DNA from: Candidatus Melainabacteria bacterium 17Bon1m
Lineage (GTDB): Bacteria > Cyanobacteriota > Vampirovibrionia > Obscuribacterales > Obscuribacteraceae
DNA: 64,000 nucleotides
NCBI GenBank assembly: GCA_032128875.1
Contig: JAVLKG010000002.1
Location: 288,001 to 352,000 of the forward strand
Direction: 5' to 3'
Shown here: in pieces, positions 30,592 through 39,774 of the stretch
How positions within the stretch are numbered: the stretch's first letter is position 1
Layout of the letters: each line of letters starts with the position of its first letter
Notes under the pieces: generated by a model
What the model saw: only the letters and a program-made list of their open reading frames with translations
The model's database searches: none
What the model was told of the DNA's origin: nothing
Made by a program: the position numbers and the translations under genes

Positions 30592-32973
30592 ATGAAGAAG
30601 CCCCAGTTGTGCTTTGCTCTTAGCGTGTCACTCGCGCTAGCGCAAGCGCCAATGCTCCCGGGACTGGCAGCTCCGGCATCTGGAAACATTTGGCAAAAGA
30701 TGTCTGGTGCTCAGACGGTTGCTCAACCGGCTAAGGCTAAGACTACAGTCGTCAAAGCCAGACAGGCAGCCAAACCAGTTGTCCAGGCGCAAGCTGTGAA
30801 GCCCGTTGCCGCTGACGGTCAAGCGATGCTCTTCTTGCTGAAAGGCAAAGGTGCTGCAGTTTCCGCTCCGGCGCCAGGTGCAGCTTTGACCATCCACCCG
30901 CAAGTTGCTGATACCCCAGCAGTTGCGGCTGAGACGACAGTTCCTTCTAATGACTTGGTGTCCGGCATCCCTGCCGAAAGCACAGCGTCGCCAGAAGAGC
31001 GTACCAGCGAAATTCCGACACCTGAGATCAATAACATTGCTCCTCAGACTCTCGGTGACAACGCTGTAACCAGACTCTCACCTGACGCACTGGTAGCCCA
31101 GGGCTCCGATGCTCCCGTAGTCGCCACCCCGATACCGCCGGTGGTGACTGGAACCATCGATATGGAAGAGTTCAAGTCGACCAACATTATCGATTTGAAG
31201 GTCTCTCAATCGCGTACTTTTAAATCCCGCAATAAGATCGTTCGTACCTCTATCAGCGATCCTTCTATTGCAGAACCGGTCGTTGTAGCTGAAAACCAAA
31301 TCGTTCTTCTCGGCAAGAGCCCGGGTGGAGCAACTATGGTTCTCTGGGATGATGCCGGCAACTCGATCGCAGTCGACCTGCGCGTAAGCCGCGACTACTC
31401 GCAATTACAAGCAACCTTGCGCGAAATTGATCCGCGTATCGTTGTAAAAGCATTCTCTGTAGGCGGCAGTGACAGAACCCTCTTACTGGGTGACGTTGAC
31501 CACGCTGAGTCCATCATCAGAGCATTCATGGCTGCTAACGCTTTCATGGATGATAGAGGCATGGTTGTACAAGCTGCAAACAGTCGCCTAATCAACCAAC
31601 GCGTCGGTGAAATCGCTCTCGGAGCCGGTGGCGCAACTGGCGGACAAACCGGTCAGTTGGCTCAGTTGAGTTCTGTTGATAAGTACACGTTCTTCTCGAA
31701 CCTGAACAACAACATCGCTCGCGCTCAATACATCACCAGCGACGGAGGCAGAGTTACAAGCTTCGTCAAAGTACGTAAAGTGCCTCTGATTGTTCTCCAC
31801 TGCTCGTTCATGGAGATGAACTCCAGTGCAGCAAGAGCGCTGGCAGTTCAGTTGGGTATCAGCATGGGTACTAACACCTTCGGCTTCGGTATCGGCGGTA
31901 GCCCAGCAACATCCAACATTGTTCAAAGTAACCCCGGCGTGACTACGACTGTTGTTACTTCGACTCCGGTGACCGGTGGCGTCGGCTCTCCTCAGCAAGC
32001 TTATGCAGTTAGCCCCGTCTTCTTCAGTTCGGGTACCACGTTGACTGCTCAGCCTTATCAAGGAACGAGCAGCCTTCTGACCAACTTCAATACTTCCGGT
32101 ATTGGTCTCGGTATCTTGAACTCTGTTCCGCAGCTTCTGTCGCAAGCAGTATTGCTTGGTTCTCCTGGTTCTACTAGCTTCTCGCAAGCTCAGAATGGAT
32201 TGGGTAACCTCTTCCAGATGATGAGTAATTTCGCGACTAACGATAAGACTCGTTTCGGTATCAACCCGACAGTTCAAGGGATTATTTCTCAGAGCAGAGC
32301 TAGAATCCTCACCGAGCCAACCCTCGTAACTATGTCCGGTGAACGTGCTGCGTTCCTCGCCGGCGGCGAAATTCCAATCTTGCAATCTATCGCCACCGCT
32401 GGTACGTCGCAGTTCTCGGTAACCTTCGAACCGTTCGGTATCCGCTTGAACATGATCCCTGTGCTCATGGAAAACGGAAACATCAACCTCGAAGTTTCTC
32501 CTGAAGAGCGTCTGATTTCGAACCAAACCGGTTTGGGTCTGACCTTCGTAGGCGGTCAAGGTACGATTCCTGCATTCACCACAAGAAAGGCTCAAACCAT
32601 TGTTGAGATGAAGCCGGGTCAAGAACTGTTTATCTCTGGTTTGATTTCGGCAAACACCGGTCGTCAAATCAACAAAACTCCAGTCCTCGGCGAAGTGCCT
32701 GTGCTCGGTGCTCTGTACCGTTCGAAAGCCTTCACCAAAAACGAATCCGAACTCGTAGTTGCAGTACGTCCGGAAATCATCCTTCCTGGAACGCCTGGAC
32801 AACTCAAGCTTCCTGAAGAAGTGGGCAGAGTCGAAGGACCGCGCGACGTCAACATGTTCCAAGTTGAACCGACCGTCATCGACGAACGTCACTACACCTC
32901 GGGTCGCGCAGAAAGAAGACAAAAGACTTCTCCCACATTGCCTGAAGGCGCTCCAATTCCGGATAGCCAATAG
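30592..32973 (+). CDS. Tad/Flp pilus-type secretin (CpaC/RcpA-like), copy 2
   Basis: Same architecture as copy 1; same MKKPQL start and gggagagtgt RBS context. Confidence 0.88.
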   Translation: MKKPQLCFALSVSLALAQAPMLPGLAAPASGNIWQKMSGAQTVAQPAKAKTTVVKARQAAKPVVQAQAVKPVAADGQAMLFLLKGKGAAVSAPAPGAALTIHPQVADTPAVAAETTVPSNDLVSGIPAESTASPEERTSEIPTPEINNIAPQTLGDNAVTRLSPDALVAQGSDAPVVATPIPPVVTGTIDMEEFKSTNIIDLKVSQSRTFKSRNKIVRTSISDPSIAEPVVVAENQIVLLGKSPGGATMVLWDDAGNSIAVDLRVSRDYSQLQATLREIDPRIVVKAFSVGGSDRTLLLGDVDHAESIIRAFMAANAFMDDRGMVVQAANSRLINQRVGEIALGAGGATGGQTGQLAQLSSVDKYTFFSNLNNNIARAQYITSDGGRVTSFVKVRKVPLIVLHCSFMEMNSSAARALAVQLGISMGTNTFGFGIGGSPATSNIVQSNPGVTTTVVTSTPVTGGVGSPQQAYAVSPVFFSSGTTLTAQPYQGTSSLLTNFNTSGIGLGILNSVPQLLSQAVLLGSPGSTSFSQAQNGLGNLFQMMSNFATNDKTRFGINPTVQGIISQSRARILTEPTLVTMSGERAAFLAGGEIPILQSIATAGTSQFSVTFEPFGIRLNMIPVLMENGNINLEVSPEERLISNQTGLGLTFVGGQGTIPAFTTRKAQTIVEMKPGQELFISGLISANTGRQINKTPVLGEVPVLGALYRSKAFTKNESELVVAVRPEIILPGTPGQLKLPEEVGRVEGPRDVNMFQVEPTVIDERHYTSGRAERRQKTSPTLPEGAPIPDSQ

Positions 32974-32996
32974 TCAATCGGGTAGTCAGAAAATCG

Positions 32997-33032
32997 AAGG
33001 CGGCGGGATGCAAGTCCCGCCGTTTTTCTTTT
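32997..33032 (+). terminator. Terminator of secretin operon
   Basis: ggcggcggga-tgcaag-tcccgccgtttttctttt. Confidence 0.85.
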
Positions 33033-33070
33033 GTTGTATCCTGCGTTAGCGTTGCGGCTTCTGCTCAAAC

Positions 33071-33099
33071 AAAAAACTCAGCGGCACATTGCTGCTGAG
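33071..33099 (-). terminator. Terminator for BlaI-family gene
   Basis: ctcagcggca/tgctgctgag stem with A6 on the plus strand (U-tract on minus). Confidence 0.7.
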
Positions 33100-33131
33100 C
33101 TTTCAATTCAATTTATTGGTGAGGCAGGCGG

Positions 33132-33536
33132 TTAGCGCTTCTTCGTTGGCTTCTTCTCGAAGCGACGGCGCGTAGCCTCTGCTAAATAAGTTGCGGACTC
33201 TTCGGGAAACTCTTCGAAGAAAATGTCGAGCACCCAATTCACCGAGTTGCGAATGAATTGCTCGCGTCCTTCGACAGGCGAGTAGAGATTTGCCAAGCCT
33301 GACTTGTCGACAATCTTGAGAAGTCCCTTCTCTGACAGACGAACCATCGTCGTCATCACTGTTGTATAGGCGATGTCACGCTTGAGACGCAAAATGTTGA
33401 AGACGTCTCTTACTGTAATTGTCGGATCGGCTTTGTCCCAAACCAATTCCATAATTTCGCATTCCAAATCGCCAAGGAATTTGCGAAGACCCTTCTGATT
33501 GAACCTGAAGGAGGCGTTTTCGTCGTGTATTCTCAT
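33132..33536 (-). CDS. BlaI/MecI/CopY family transcriptional regulator
   Basis: LGDLECEIMELVW, TVRDV, IAYTTVMTTMVRLSEKGLL; start placed at MRIHDEN. Confidence 0.9.
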   Translation of the reverse strand: MRIHDENASFRFNQKGLRKFLGDLECEIMELVWDKADPTITVRDVFNILRLKRDIAYTTVMTTMVRLSEKGLLKIVDKSGLANLYSPVEGREQFIRNSVNWVLDIFFEEFPEESATYLAEATRRRFEKKPTKKR

Positions 33537-33793
33537 CCGACCGACTTTTGCTAGACTTTTAGACCACTGTGCACGAAACCAATCGTAACATAGCAAGCGC
33601 ATATTGGGGATAGACGCGATTTTAGGCGAAATGGTGTAAAACCACTATTACTCAGCTTTTCCGGTATCTCCTATGGGCTGTAGCAAATAGTAATATTTTC
33701 GGATATTGCACCATTTTTTGTGAAACGACTGCATAGCGGTTGTAATCAACCGTCGATAATAAGTCTGAGCAAATCTAGTAAACAGGAAGCAAA

Positions 33794-34378
33794 ATGGCAG
33801 ACAAGAAAAAACCGGTTGTATTTCTCGATCGCGACGGAACACTCAATGTCGAGATCGGATATATCCGCAAGGTTGAAGACCTGCAGTTGATTGAAGGCGC
33901 AGGGCAAGCTGTGAAGAAGCTCAATGACAAAGGCGTTGCAGCGGTACTTGTCACCAACCAAACCGGTGCTGCTCGCGGTTATTACCCGGAGAATCACATT
34001 CTTTCACTCAATGAGCGCTTGATCATGTTGCTCAAAAATGAAGGCGCGTTCCTTGACGATGTTTACTATTGCCCGCACTTAGAAGAAGGTGAAGTAAAGG
34101 AATTCAGCTTTGCTTGCGACTGCAGAAAGCCGGCACGTGGCATGGTTGATAAGGCGCTAGCCGATCACCCGGAGTTTGATGCAGAGCGCTCTTTCGTTGT
34201 TGGTGATAAAGCAACCGATGTCGAGCTGGCTCACAATTGCGGCGCTAAAGGCGTGCTTGTGAGAACAGGTTATGGTGAGGCTGTTCTCAAAGGTGAGTAT
34301 CAAAACAAAGTGGATGCCGACTTCGAAGCCGGTTCTATCGTCGAGGCGGTCGACTGGATTTTGAAACAGCTTGATTAG
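33794..34378 (+). CDS. gmhB: D-glycero-D-manno-heptose 1,7-bisphosphate phosphatase-like HAD IIIA
   Basis: FLDRDGTLN, VTNQ, YCPH..CDCRKP, VGDK..D. Confidence 0.85.
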   Translation: MADKKKPVVFLDRDGTLNVEIGYIRKVEDLQLIEGAGQAVKKLNDKGVAAVLVTNQTGAARGYYPENHILSLNERLIMLLKNEGAFLDDVYYCPHLEEGEVKEFSFACDCRKPARGMVDKALADHPEFDAERSFVVGDKATDVELAHNCGAKGVLVRTGYGEAVLKGEYQNKVDADFEAGSIVEAVDWILKQLD

Positions 34379-34401
34379 GCCTTATTTGCTCTCACGCCGC
34401 T

Positions 34402-35751
34402 CTAGCCGCGCATCTTCAAACTTGAGCGCAGCAGCGTGCTGATTTCGTTGATCAAGCTGGGCATGTCGAAGGGCTTCGGCAGGTAAAGATCTGCACCGGC
34501 CTCCAGAGCCAGTGATTGGTCAGGATGGGATGTAGCCATGACGAGCCAGATGCTCTTCAATTCGTCATCGTCTTTCAAAGTTCTGCACAAAGACCAACCG
34601 TCCATTTGACGGTCGGATAAATTCGACTCCAAAAGAATCAAGTCGGGATGCTCATGGCGAGCCAGTTCAAGAGCGTCATCCGCAGACGAGGTCACTTGCA
34701 CCACGTAGCCTTCGAGTGTTAATGAGTCCTGCAGCAATAGAGCCATTGGTCCATCAGGTTCAACCACAAGAATGCGAGACTGATGACCAGATGATGTTCC
34801 GACTTCTTCTTCTAAGTCGTCATCAGGCTGTGGCTGCGGCATGCTGTCGGTAACCCAGGTGGAGCCTGAATATTGCTTGGAAAGATAGCGGTAGTCACGT
34901 GCTGATGTGAGAACATCGACATAACTTTGATAACGTCGTTTGGTACTGGAAACAATTCCGATAGCAATCGAGATGAGAGGAATTCTTCTTCTGATGCCGC
35001 CTCTGCCTGTCGAAATCAGATAGCCTCTTTCGATGTCTCCCTTTGGATAAAATCGGCGGCTGATGCTGTCGAATTGCTGGCAAATCTTTTCTGCTTTTCT
35101 CTCCGGATTGTCCGGCTTGACGATCATAAAGAAGTCGTCTGCCTCGATGTGACCTACGAAGTCATCATCATCAGCAACGTCGGTAAGAACCGCACCCAAA
35201 GCTTTGATGAGCTGATCGCCTGCTAAGTCGCCATAGGTTTCGTTATAAACACGAATCTTATTCAAGTCGATAGACATCGCCGACCATGGCTTATCCGAAA
35301 CCATACATTGTTCGAGCATGCGTCTGATCAAGTTGGGCCCGGGCAATTGGCTCAACGGGTTGGACATTTCTTCCTGGCGTCGTCTCAAGTGAGCCAAAAC
35401 CCGGATGGCAAGCTCATTTTTGTCAATCGGATCACCGAGCACATCGTCCGCTCCGTAGCGGAATGCGCTGATTCTTTCATTGACGTCGGAAGACGCATGC
35501 AACAGTACTAGCACCGGCCGTGGTTGCACAACCGTTGCTCTGATTTGTTGGCAGTAGAGCCTGCCATCACCTTCCGGCATTTGCGCAGCCAGAAGAATCA
35601 AGTCAGGGTGGATGAAAGAAAGCAATTCATTGGCTTCTTCAAATGAGGTGACAGCGTGAACTTTTGCACCTGTCTTCTCGAGAATTGATGAATAGTCAGC
35701 GGCCTGGCGCGGTTGGTGAATGATAAGGATGATTGGAGTAGGCAGCAGCAT
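34402..35751 (-). CDS. REC - degenerate GGDEF - REC signalling protein
   Basis: NPLSQLPG, IDLNKIRVYNETYG..AGD, FVGHIEADDF; two receiver folds. Confidence 0.82.
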   Translation of the reverse strand: MLLPTPIILIIHQPRQAADYSSILEKTGAKVHAVTSFEEANELLSFIHPDLILLAAQMPEGDGRLYCQQIRATVVQPRPVLVLLHASSDVNERISAFRYGADDVLGDPIDKNELAIRVLAHLRRRQEEMSNPLSQLPGPNLIRRMLEQCMVSDKPWSAMSIDLNKIRVYNETYGDLAGDQLIKALGAVLTDVADDDDFVGHIEADDFFMIVKPDNPERKAEKICQQFDSISRRFYPKGDIERGYLISTGRGGIRRRIPLISIAIGIVSSTKRRYQSYVDVLTSARDYRYLSKQYSGSTWVTDSMPQPQPDDDLEEEVGTSSGHQSRILVVEPDGPMALLLQDSLTLEGYVVQVTSSADDALELARHEHPDLILLESNLSDRQMDGWSLCRTLKDDDELKSIWLVMATSHPDQSLALEAGADLYLPKPFDMPSLINEISTLLRSSLKMRG

Positions 35752-35752
35752 G

Positions 35753-36916
35753 TCAGTCGCGACCTCTTGCTGCTTGCATTTCTAATGATGCGGCCGGCAG
35801 CTGCACCGTGAATGTGGTGCAACCAGGAACACTGGTGACTTTGATCTGCCCGCCTAATGCCACTACCAGCGAACGTGTGATGTACAGACCCAAGCCTGTT
35901 CCTTCGGTCTGCCTTGTTAGCGGATTGTCGAGGCGCGAGAACTTCGAGAAGATCTCAGGCAAATGCTCTTGTGGAATGCCACCACCTTGGTCGGCAACTG
36001 AGAACTCAACCATCTCAGGAGTTCCAGGCACGTCTCTGGCTACTACCGTAACTGTTGTTTCCGCGGGCGAATACTTGATCGCGTTGTCGATCAAGTTGGT
36101 CAAAATCTGTTCCAATCTATCTGCGTCTGCCCAAACAAGTGGAAGTCCAGCCGGAATCACTTCGTTGATCTTGTGATTGCGAGCCTTTTCCGACAAGATG
36201 TGCGTCACTCTCTGAATGGCTTCGCGCAGATCAATCGCACGGACAGTAAGCTGTAATTTTTTAGATTCCAATCGTGAAACCGCGAGCAAGTCTTCAACAA
36301 GCCGCGTCAGGCGGTCTGCTTGTTGTTTGATGATGTCGATGTAGCGGCGCTGCTGCGTAATGTCGAGGCGATCACCAGCGCGCAAAATAGTATCGGCAAA
36401 GCCTTTGATAGATGTAAGCGGCGTGCGCAATTCGTGGCTGACTGTGCTCACGAATTCAGTCTGGGCTTGCTGCACCGTATGACTTTGGACCACGTACAAG
36501 ACAGTCAGGCTGCCGACTTCCTTATCGTCTTTGTCCGTGATCGGCAGATAGCTTGCCGGCACTGTCATATCGACACCGTTCTTGCCATATGCAGTTGCAA
36601 ATTTCCAATTGCTTGGCTCGGGCGTGGCGTTCTTATCGAAGGTGCCACCAGCTGCGATGGCAGCAAGCGGATTACTGCCGGGAGCAAGCGTGCCTCCTAC
36701 TCCAGCACCTACCGAAGAAACCTCTTTATCTTTCAGGGACGCTTCATCGAAGATGGCAAAAAGCTTTTGTCCTGCGACTTCATTTGTTTCGCGCCCAAGA
36801 AATTTAGCTGCTGACGGATTGCAATAGGAGATTACTCCTTTCAGATCGGTCACGATATAACCATCTGCGGAGTGTTCGGTGAGGCAACGGTAGATGTCTT
36901 CAGTCTTAATGCTCAA
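35753..36916 (-). CDS. Cytoplasmic PAS-domain sensor histidine kinase
   Basis: PAS (DGYIVTD..CNPSA), SHELRTPLTSIKG, NLIDNAIKYS, DQGGGI, GTGLGL. Confidence 0.92.
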   Translation of the reverse strand: MSIKTEDIYRCLTEHSADGYIVTDLKGVISYCNPSAAKFLGRETNEVAGQKLFAIFDEASLKDKEVSSVGAGVGGTLAPGSNPLAAIAAGGTFDKNATPEPSNWKFATAYGKNGVDMTVPASYLPITDKDDKEVGSLTVLYVVQSHTVQQAQTEFVSTVSHELRTPLTSIKGFADTILRAGDRLDITQQRRYIDIIKQQADRLTRLVEDLLAVSRLESKKLQLTVRAIDLREAIQRVTHILSEKARNHKINEVIPAGLPLVWADADRLEQILTNLIDNAIKYSPAETTVTVVARDVPGTPEMVEFSVADQGGGIPQEHLPEIFSKFSRLDNPLTRQTEGTGLGLYITRSLVVALGGQIKVTSVPGCTTFTVQLPAASLEMQAARGRD

Positions 36917-37183
36917 CGCTGAGACTCAGGAGACTTGGGTTTAGATTTCACGCGAATTTGGCGCCGGACGCCTTAAATCCTAAGTTAACATCAGAAAGAC
37001 AGGGGGAGATGCATTACAACCTATCCTTAAGGTTTAGGACTGTAAACACCCGTGCCACCCAAAAATCCCCAAAGCCAGACCTGCCAAAGCTTAAGAGAAA
37101 TGAAGCAGATTGAGGGTTTTGCCCCAGGCTATAGAGCAGCCGTTTGAGGAACTCCTGCCTTCATTGCCGTTTTCTTCGGACTC

Positions 37184-37711
37184 TTAGGCTTTGTCTTCTT
37201 CGGCTGCGCCTTCTTCGTTTTCATCTTCTTCGGCGTTTTTGGCTGCGCCGTCTTCGTTATTTCCGCTATTCTCACTAATGCCGCCGCCATTCTCGGCGCC
37301 ATACTCGCCGCCACTTTTCTCGCTACGTGACGCGTTCACGAGTTGCAGCAATTCGTTGAGGCGGTCCATATCGGTCAAATAAAGGTAACCAAGCAGCGCC
37401 TCGAATGCCGTAGCTTTGCGATAGAGAGCCTGTTCGGAGCGGCGATACGCTGCTGGTTTCATATTTCTGGCGCGCCTTACCAGGTCGCGCTCTTCATCCT
37501 TCAGTGCGTCGGTCAGCATGTGGAGCGCTTTGGCTTGCCCTTTATAGGAAACGACCCCAGCAGTGCGCTTGTGCATTTCCTTGGCGCTTGAAGCCGTAAG
37601 GACCTCTTTCTCTCGCACAAACAAGTGAAACACTGCGTCACCGACGTGCGCCAGTTGCCGCAGCGGAATGTCTGCCGCTTGCGATTGACTCAGCTTCGTG
37701 CCTGAAAGCAT
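37184..37711 (-). CDS. mrnC: Mini-ribonuclease III
   Basis: LAHVGDAVFHLFVR, VRRARN, YRKATAFEALLGYLYL; acidic C-terminal tail. Confidence 0.88.
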   Translation of the reverse strand: MLSGTKLSQSQAADIPLRQLAHVGDAVFHLFVREKEVLTASSAKEMHKRTAGVVSYKGQAKALHMLTDALKDEERDLVRRARNMKPAAYRRSEQALYRKATAFEALLGYLYLTDMDRLNELLQLVNASRSEKSGGEYGAENGGGISENSGNNEDGAAKNAEEDENEEGAAEEDKA

Positions 37712-37716
37712 GACGC

Positions 37717-38505
37717 TTAGGTCTTATCGTTGGAGCTTTTGCCTTTTAAGTTCTCGCCGAGGACCTGTAAAGCAAAGCTGGGCAACGATGACATCATACG
37801 TTTTGCGCGCCACGGTTCGCAGAGCAATCTGTAAAACCACTCCAGATGGCATTTTTGGAATATTTCTGGGGCGCGTTTTACCGTGCCTGTCCATACGTCA
37901 AAACTTCCACCGACGCCAATCATCACTGCTCGCGGGAAAGAATGTTGCCACTTGTCGATGAAATACTCTTGCTTTGGCACGCCCAAAGCCACAAGAATCA
38001 GCTCAGGCTCTTGCGGGAGCAATTCGTCCACAATTTCCGGTTCTTGATCTCTGGTGAAATAACCGTCTTGTGCGCCGACGATTTTGATGCTAGGGAAGTC
38101 TTCTTGAAGCTTTGCCTTCAATTGCACCATCACTTCTGGCTTACCACCAATCAGCGCTATGCGCCGTCCTTCGCGGCAGGCAACCTCCAAAGTCTTTCTA
38201 GCAAGTTGAATACCGGGCAGGCGTGAAGACTGTTGTCCAGCCAGTTTTAGTGCCCAAACAACACCTGAGCCGTCTGGGATAATCAGATGAGCGTGGCGAA
38301 TTATTCTGTCCAGCTCAGCGTTTTTCTGCGCCTGCACAACCATCTCCGCATTCAGCGTGACAATGTGCATTCCTCTTTCGCCCTGCCATGCAGCCTGAAC
38401 AACGCTTATCGCGCTGTCTTCGTTGACTACATCAACTGGATATCCGAGAACTTTGTGTCGTGATCTGTAAGTTGCTAACAAGGTTGACATTACGTGCGGT
38501 GCCAT
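37717..38505 (-). CDS. WecB/TagA/CpsF family glycosyltransferase
   Basis: VTLNAE, IPDGSG, VALGVPKQE, GVGGSFDV..KRAP, LEWFYRL..EPWR. Confidence 0.93.
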   Translation of the reverse strand: MAPHVMSTLLATYRSRHKVLGYPVDVVNEDSAISVVQAAWQGERGMHIVTLNAEMVVQAQKNAELDRIIRHAHLIIPDGSGVVWALKLAGQQSSRLPGIQLARKTLEVACREGRRIALIGGKPEVMVQLKAKLQEDFPSIKIVGAQDGYFTRDQEPEIVDELLPQEPELILVALGVPKQEYFIDKWQHSFPRAVMIGVGGSFDVWTGTVKRAPEIFQKCHLEWFYRLLCEPWRAKRMMSSLPSFALQVLGENLKGKSSNDKT

Positions 38506-38583
38506 CTTTTCGATTTTACTTCCTAAGCGATTAGAAGTTGCAAGGGCTCTTGTTGGTCAGCCCACAAGATCACAAAAGCTCGA

Positions 38584-39726
38584 CTATTTTTTGATGTCTA
38601 AAATTTTAGCTAGTAGCTGGAAGTTCCTGCAAGCCAATTTTTTTGCACTTTCGGCATTTTCCTTCGCTTGCAGATGAAGCTTTCCAAGGTCTTGAAGACC
38701 AGCTGATGCGGAATCGAGCCACTTTTTCTCCAGCTCTGCGTCTCCTTGCTCCTTTGGCAAAATTAAGATTGGCTGACCAAATTGGCGTAGCACATGCTCG
38801 ACTTTTGCATCGTACGTGAGCCCAATAACCGGAATTCCTTCCTTGAGGGCGAAGATGAGCGCATGTAGTCTCATGGCAACGACAAGATTGAACTGGCGCA
38901 TCAGGCTCACCCATTGGCTAGGGCGCTCCAGTGCCGAAGTATCCAACATCAGTCCATTTCTTCCTGCCTTCTTCCAGCTTTCCAGAAATGGCTCTAGCTG
39001 AGGCAAATCTTGTTCTTTCTGTAAAGGTAGGAGCACGAGAGCGGCATCCGCGGGCAATGTTTTGAGTAAGACAGAAAGCAAAATTTCTCTTCTGCTGTCT
39101 GAAAAGTTGTGGCTATTGCGCAATGAAAGCCCGACGACAAGTCCATTTGTAGGTCTTACACTGTCGATTTGACTGCGAACACTCTCCGGCAGCTCTGTTT
39201 CATCAAGGGTCCAGACGGGGTCAGCGGTAAGTTCTGCTTTTACGTTCCAGCTTTCCAGCATTGCCAATGAGGCTTTGTCACGCACCGTAACGTCTTGCGA
39301 AAGCCTGGCGGCTAGCCGGGTCGCCACCTTTCCTGTTGATGAATTAAGTGGACCCAGACCCTGCGCAAAAATCATCGGGTGAGCACCAAACGCCCGCGCC
39401 AGCGCGATTTGTCCACCGTAGTAAATTGTGGACCCTGGCGAGTTTGTGTCTTGAAAGAGACCGCCGCCGCCGCTGATGAAGAGCTTTGCCTTGGGCAGCA
39501 ACTCAACCAGGGACGCCAGCTTCCACCTGCTGACCGCCTCAACGCCATAGGTGGCACGATGCTTTTCCGGATCGTTGGACAAAACAACGATTTTGTTTTT
39601 GGAAACCGTTTTCTCCAGTTCGCGAATTATAGATTCGAGGATTGCCTCATCACCGAGGTTTCCAAAGCCGTAATAGCCTGAAATTAGTACCAGTGATCTG
39701 CCTGAGGCTTTTTGGCTGTTCGTCAT
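38584..39726 (-). CDS. csaB: Polysaccharide pyruvyl transferase CsaB
   Basis: SGYYGFGNLGDEAIL, SGGGGLFQD, AQGLGPL, TVRD, MRLHALI. Confidence 0.9.
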   Translation of the reverse strand: MTNSQKASGRSLVLISGYYGFGNLGDEAILESIIRELEKTVSKNKIVVLSNDPEKHRATYGVEAVSRWKLASLVELLPKAKLFISGGGGLFQDTNSPGSTIYYGGQIALARAFGAHPMIFAQGLGPLNSSTGKVATRLAARLSQDVTVRDKASLAMLESWNVKAELTADPVWTLDETELPESVRSQIDSVRPTNGLVVGLSLRNSHNFSDSRREILLSVLLKTLPADAALVLLPLQKEQDLPQLEPFLESWKKAGRNGLMLDTSALERPSQWVSLMRQFNLVVAMRLHALIFALKEGIPVIGLTYDAKVEHVLRQFGQPILILPKEQGDAELEKKWLDSASAGLQDLGKLHLQAKENAESAKKLACRNFQLLAKILDIKK

Positions 39727-39774
39727 GCTTTCCTAATTCTTCATCGCAATGAAGAAGATAGCAGATAGAATATC

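Noticed and set aside
31588..32970. 460-aa antisense ORF inside secretin copy 2
   Set aside because: Fully overlaps a well-supported gene, has no recognisable motifs, and is explained by sense-strand codon bias; the paralogue's antisense frame is broken.
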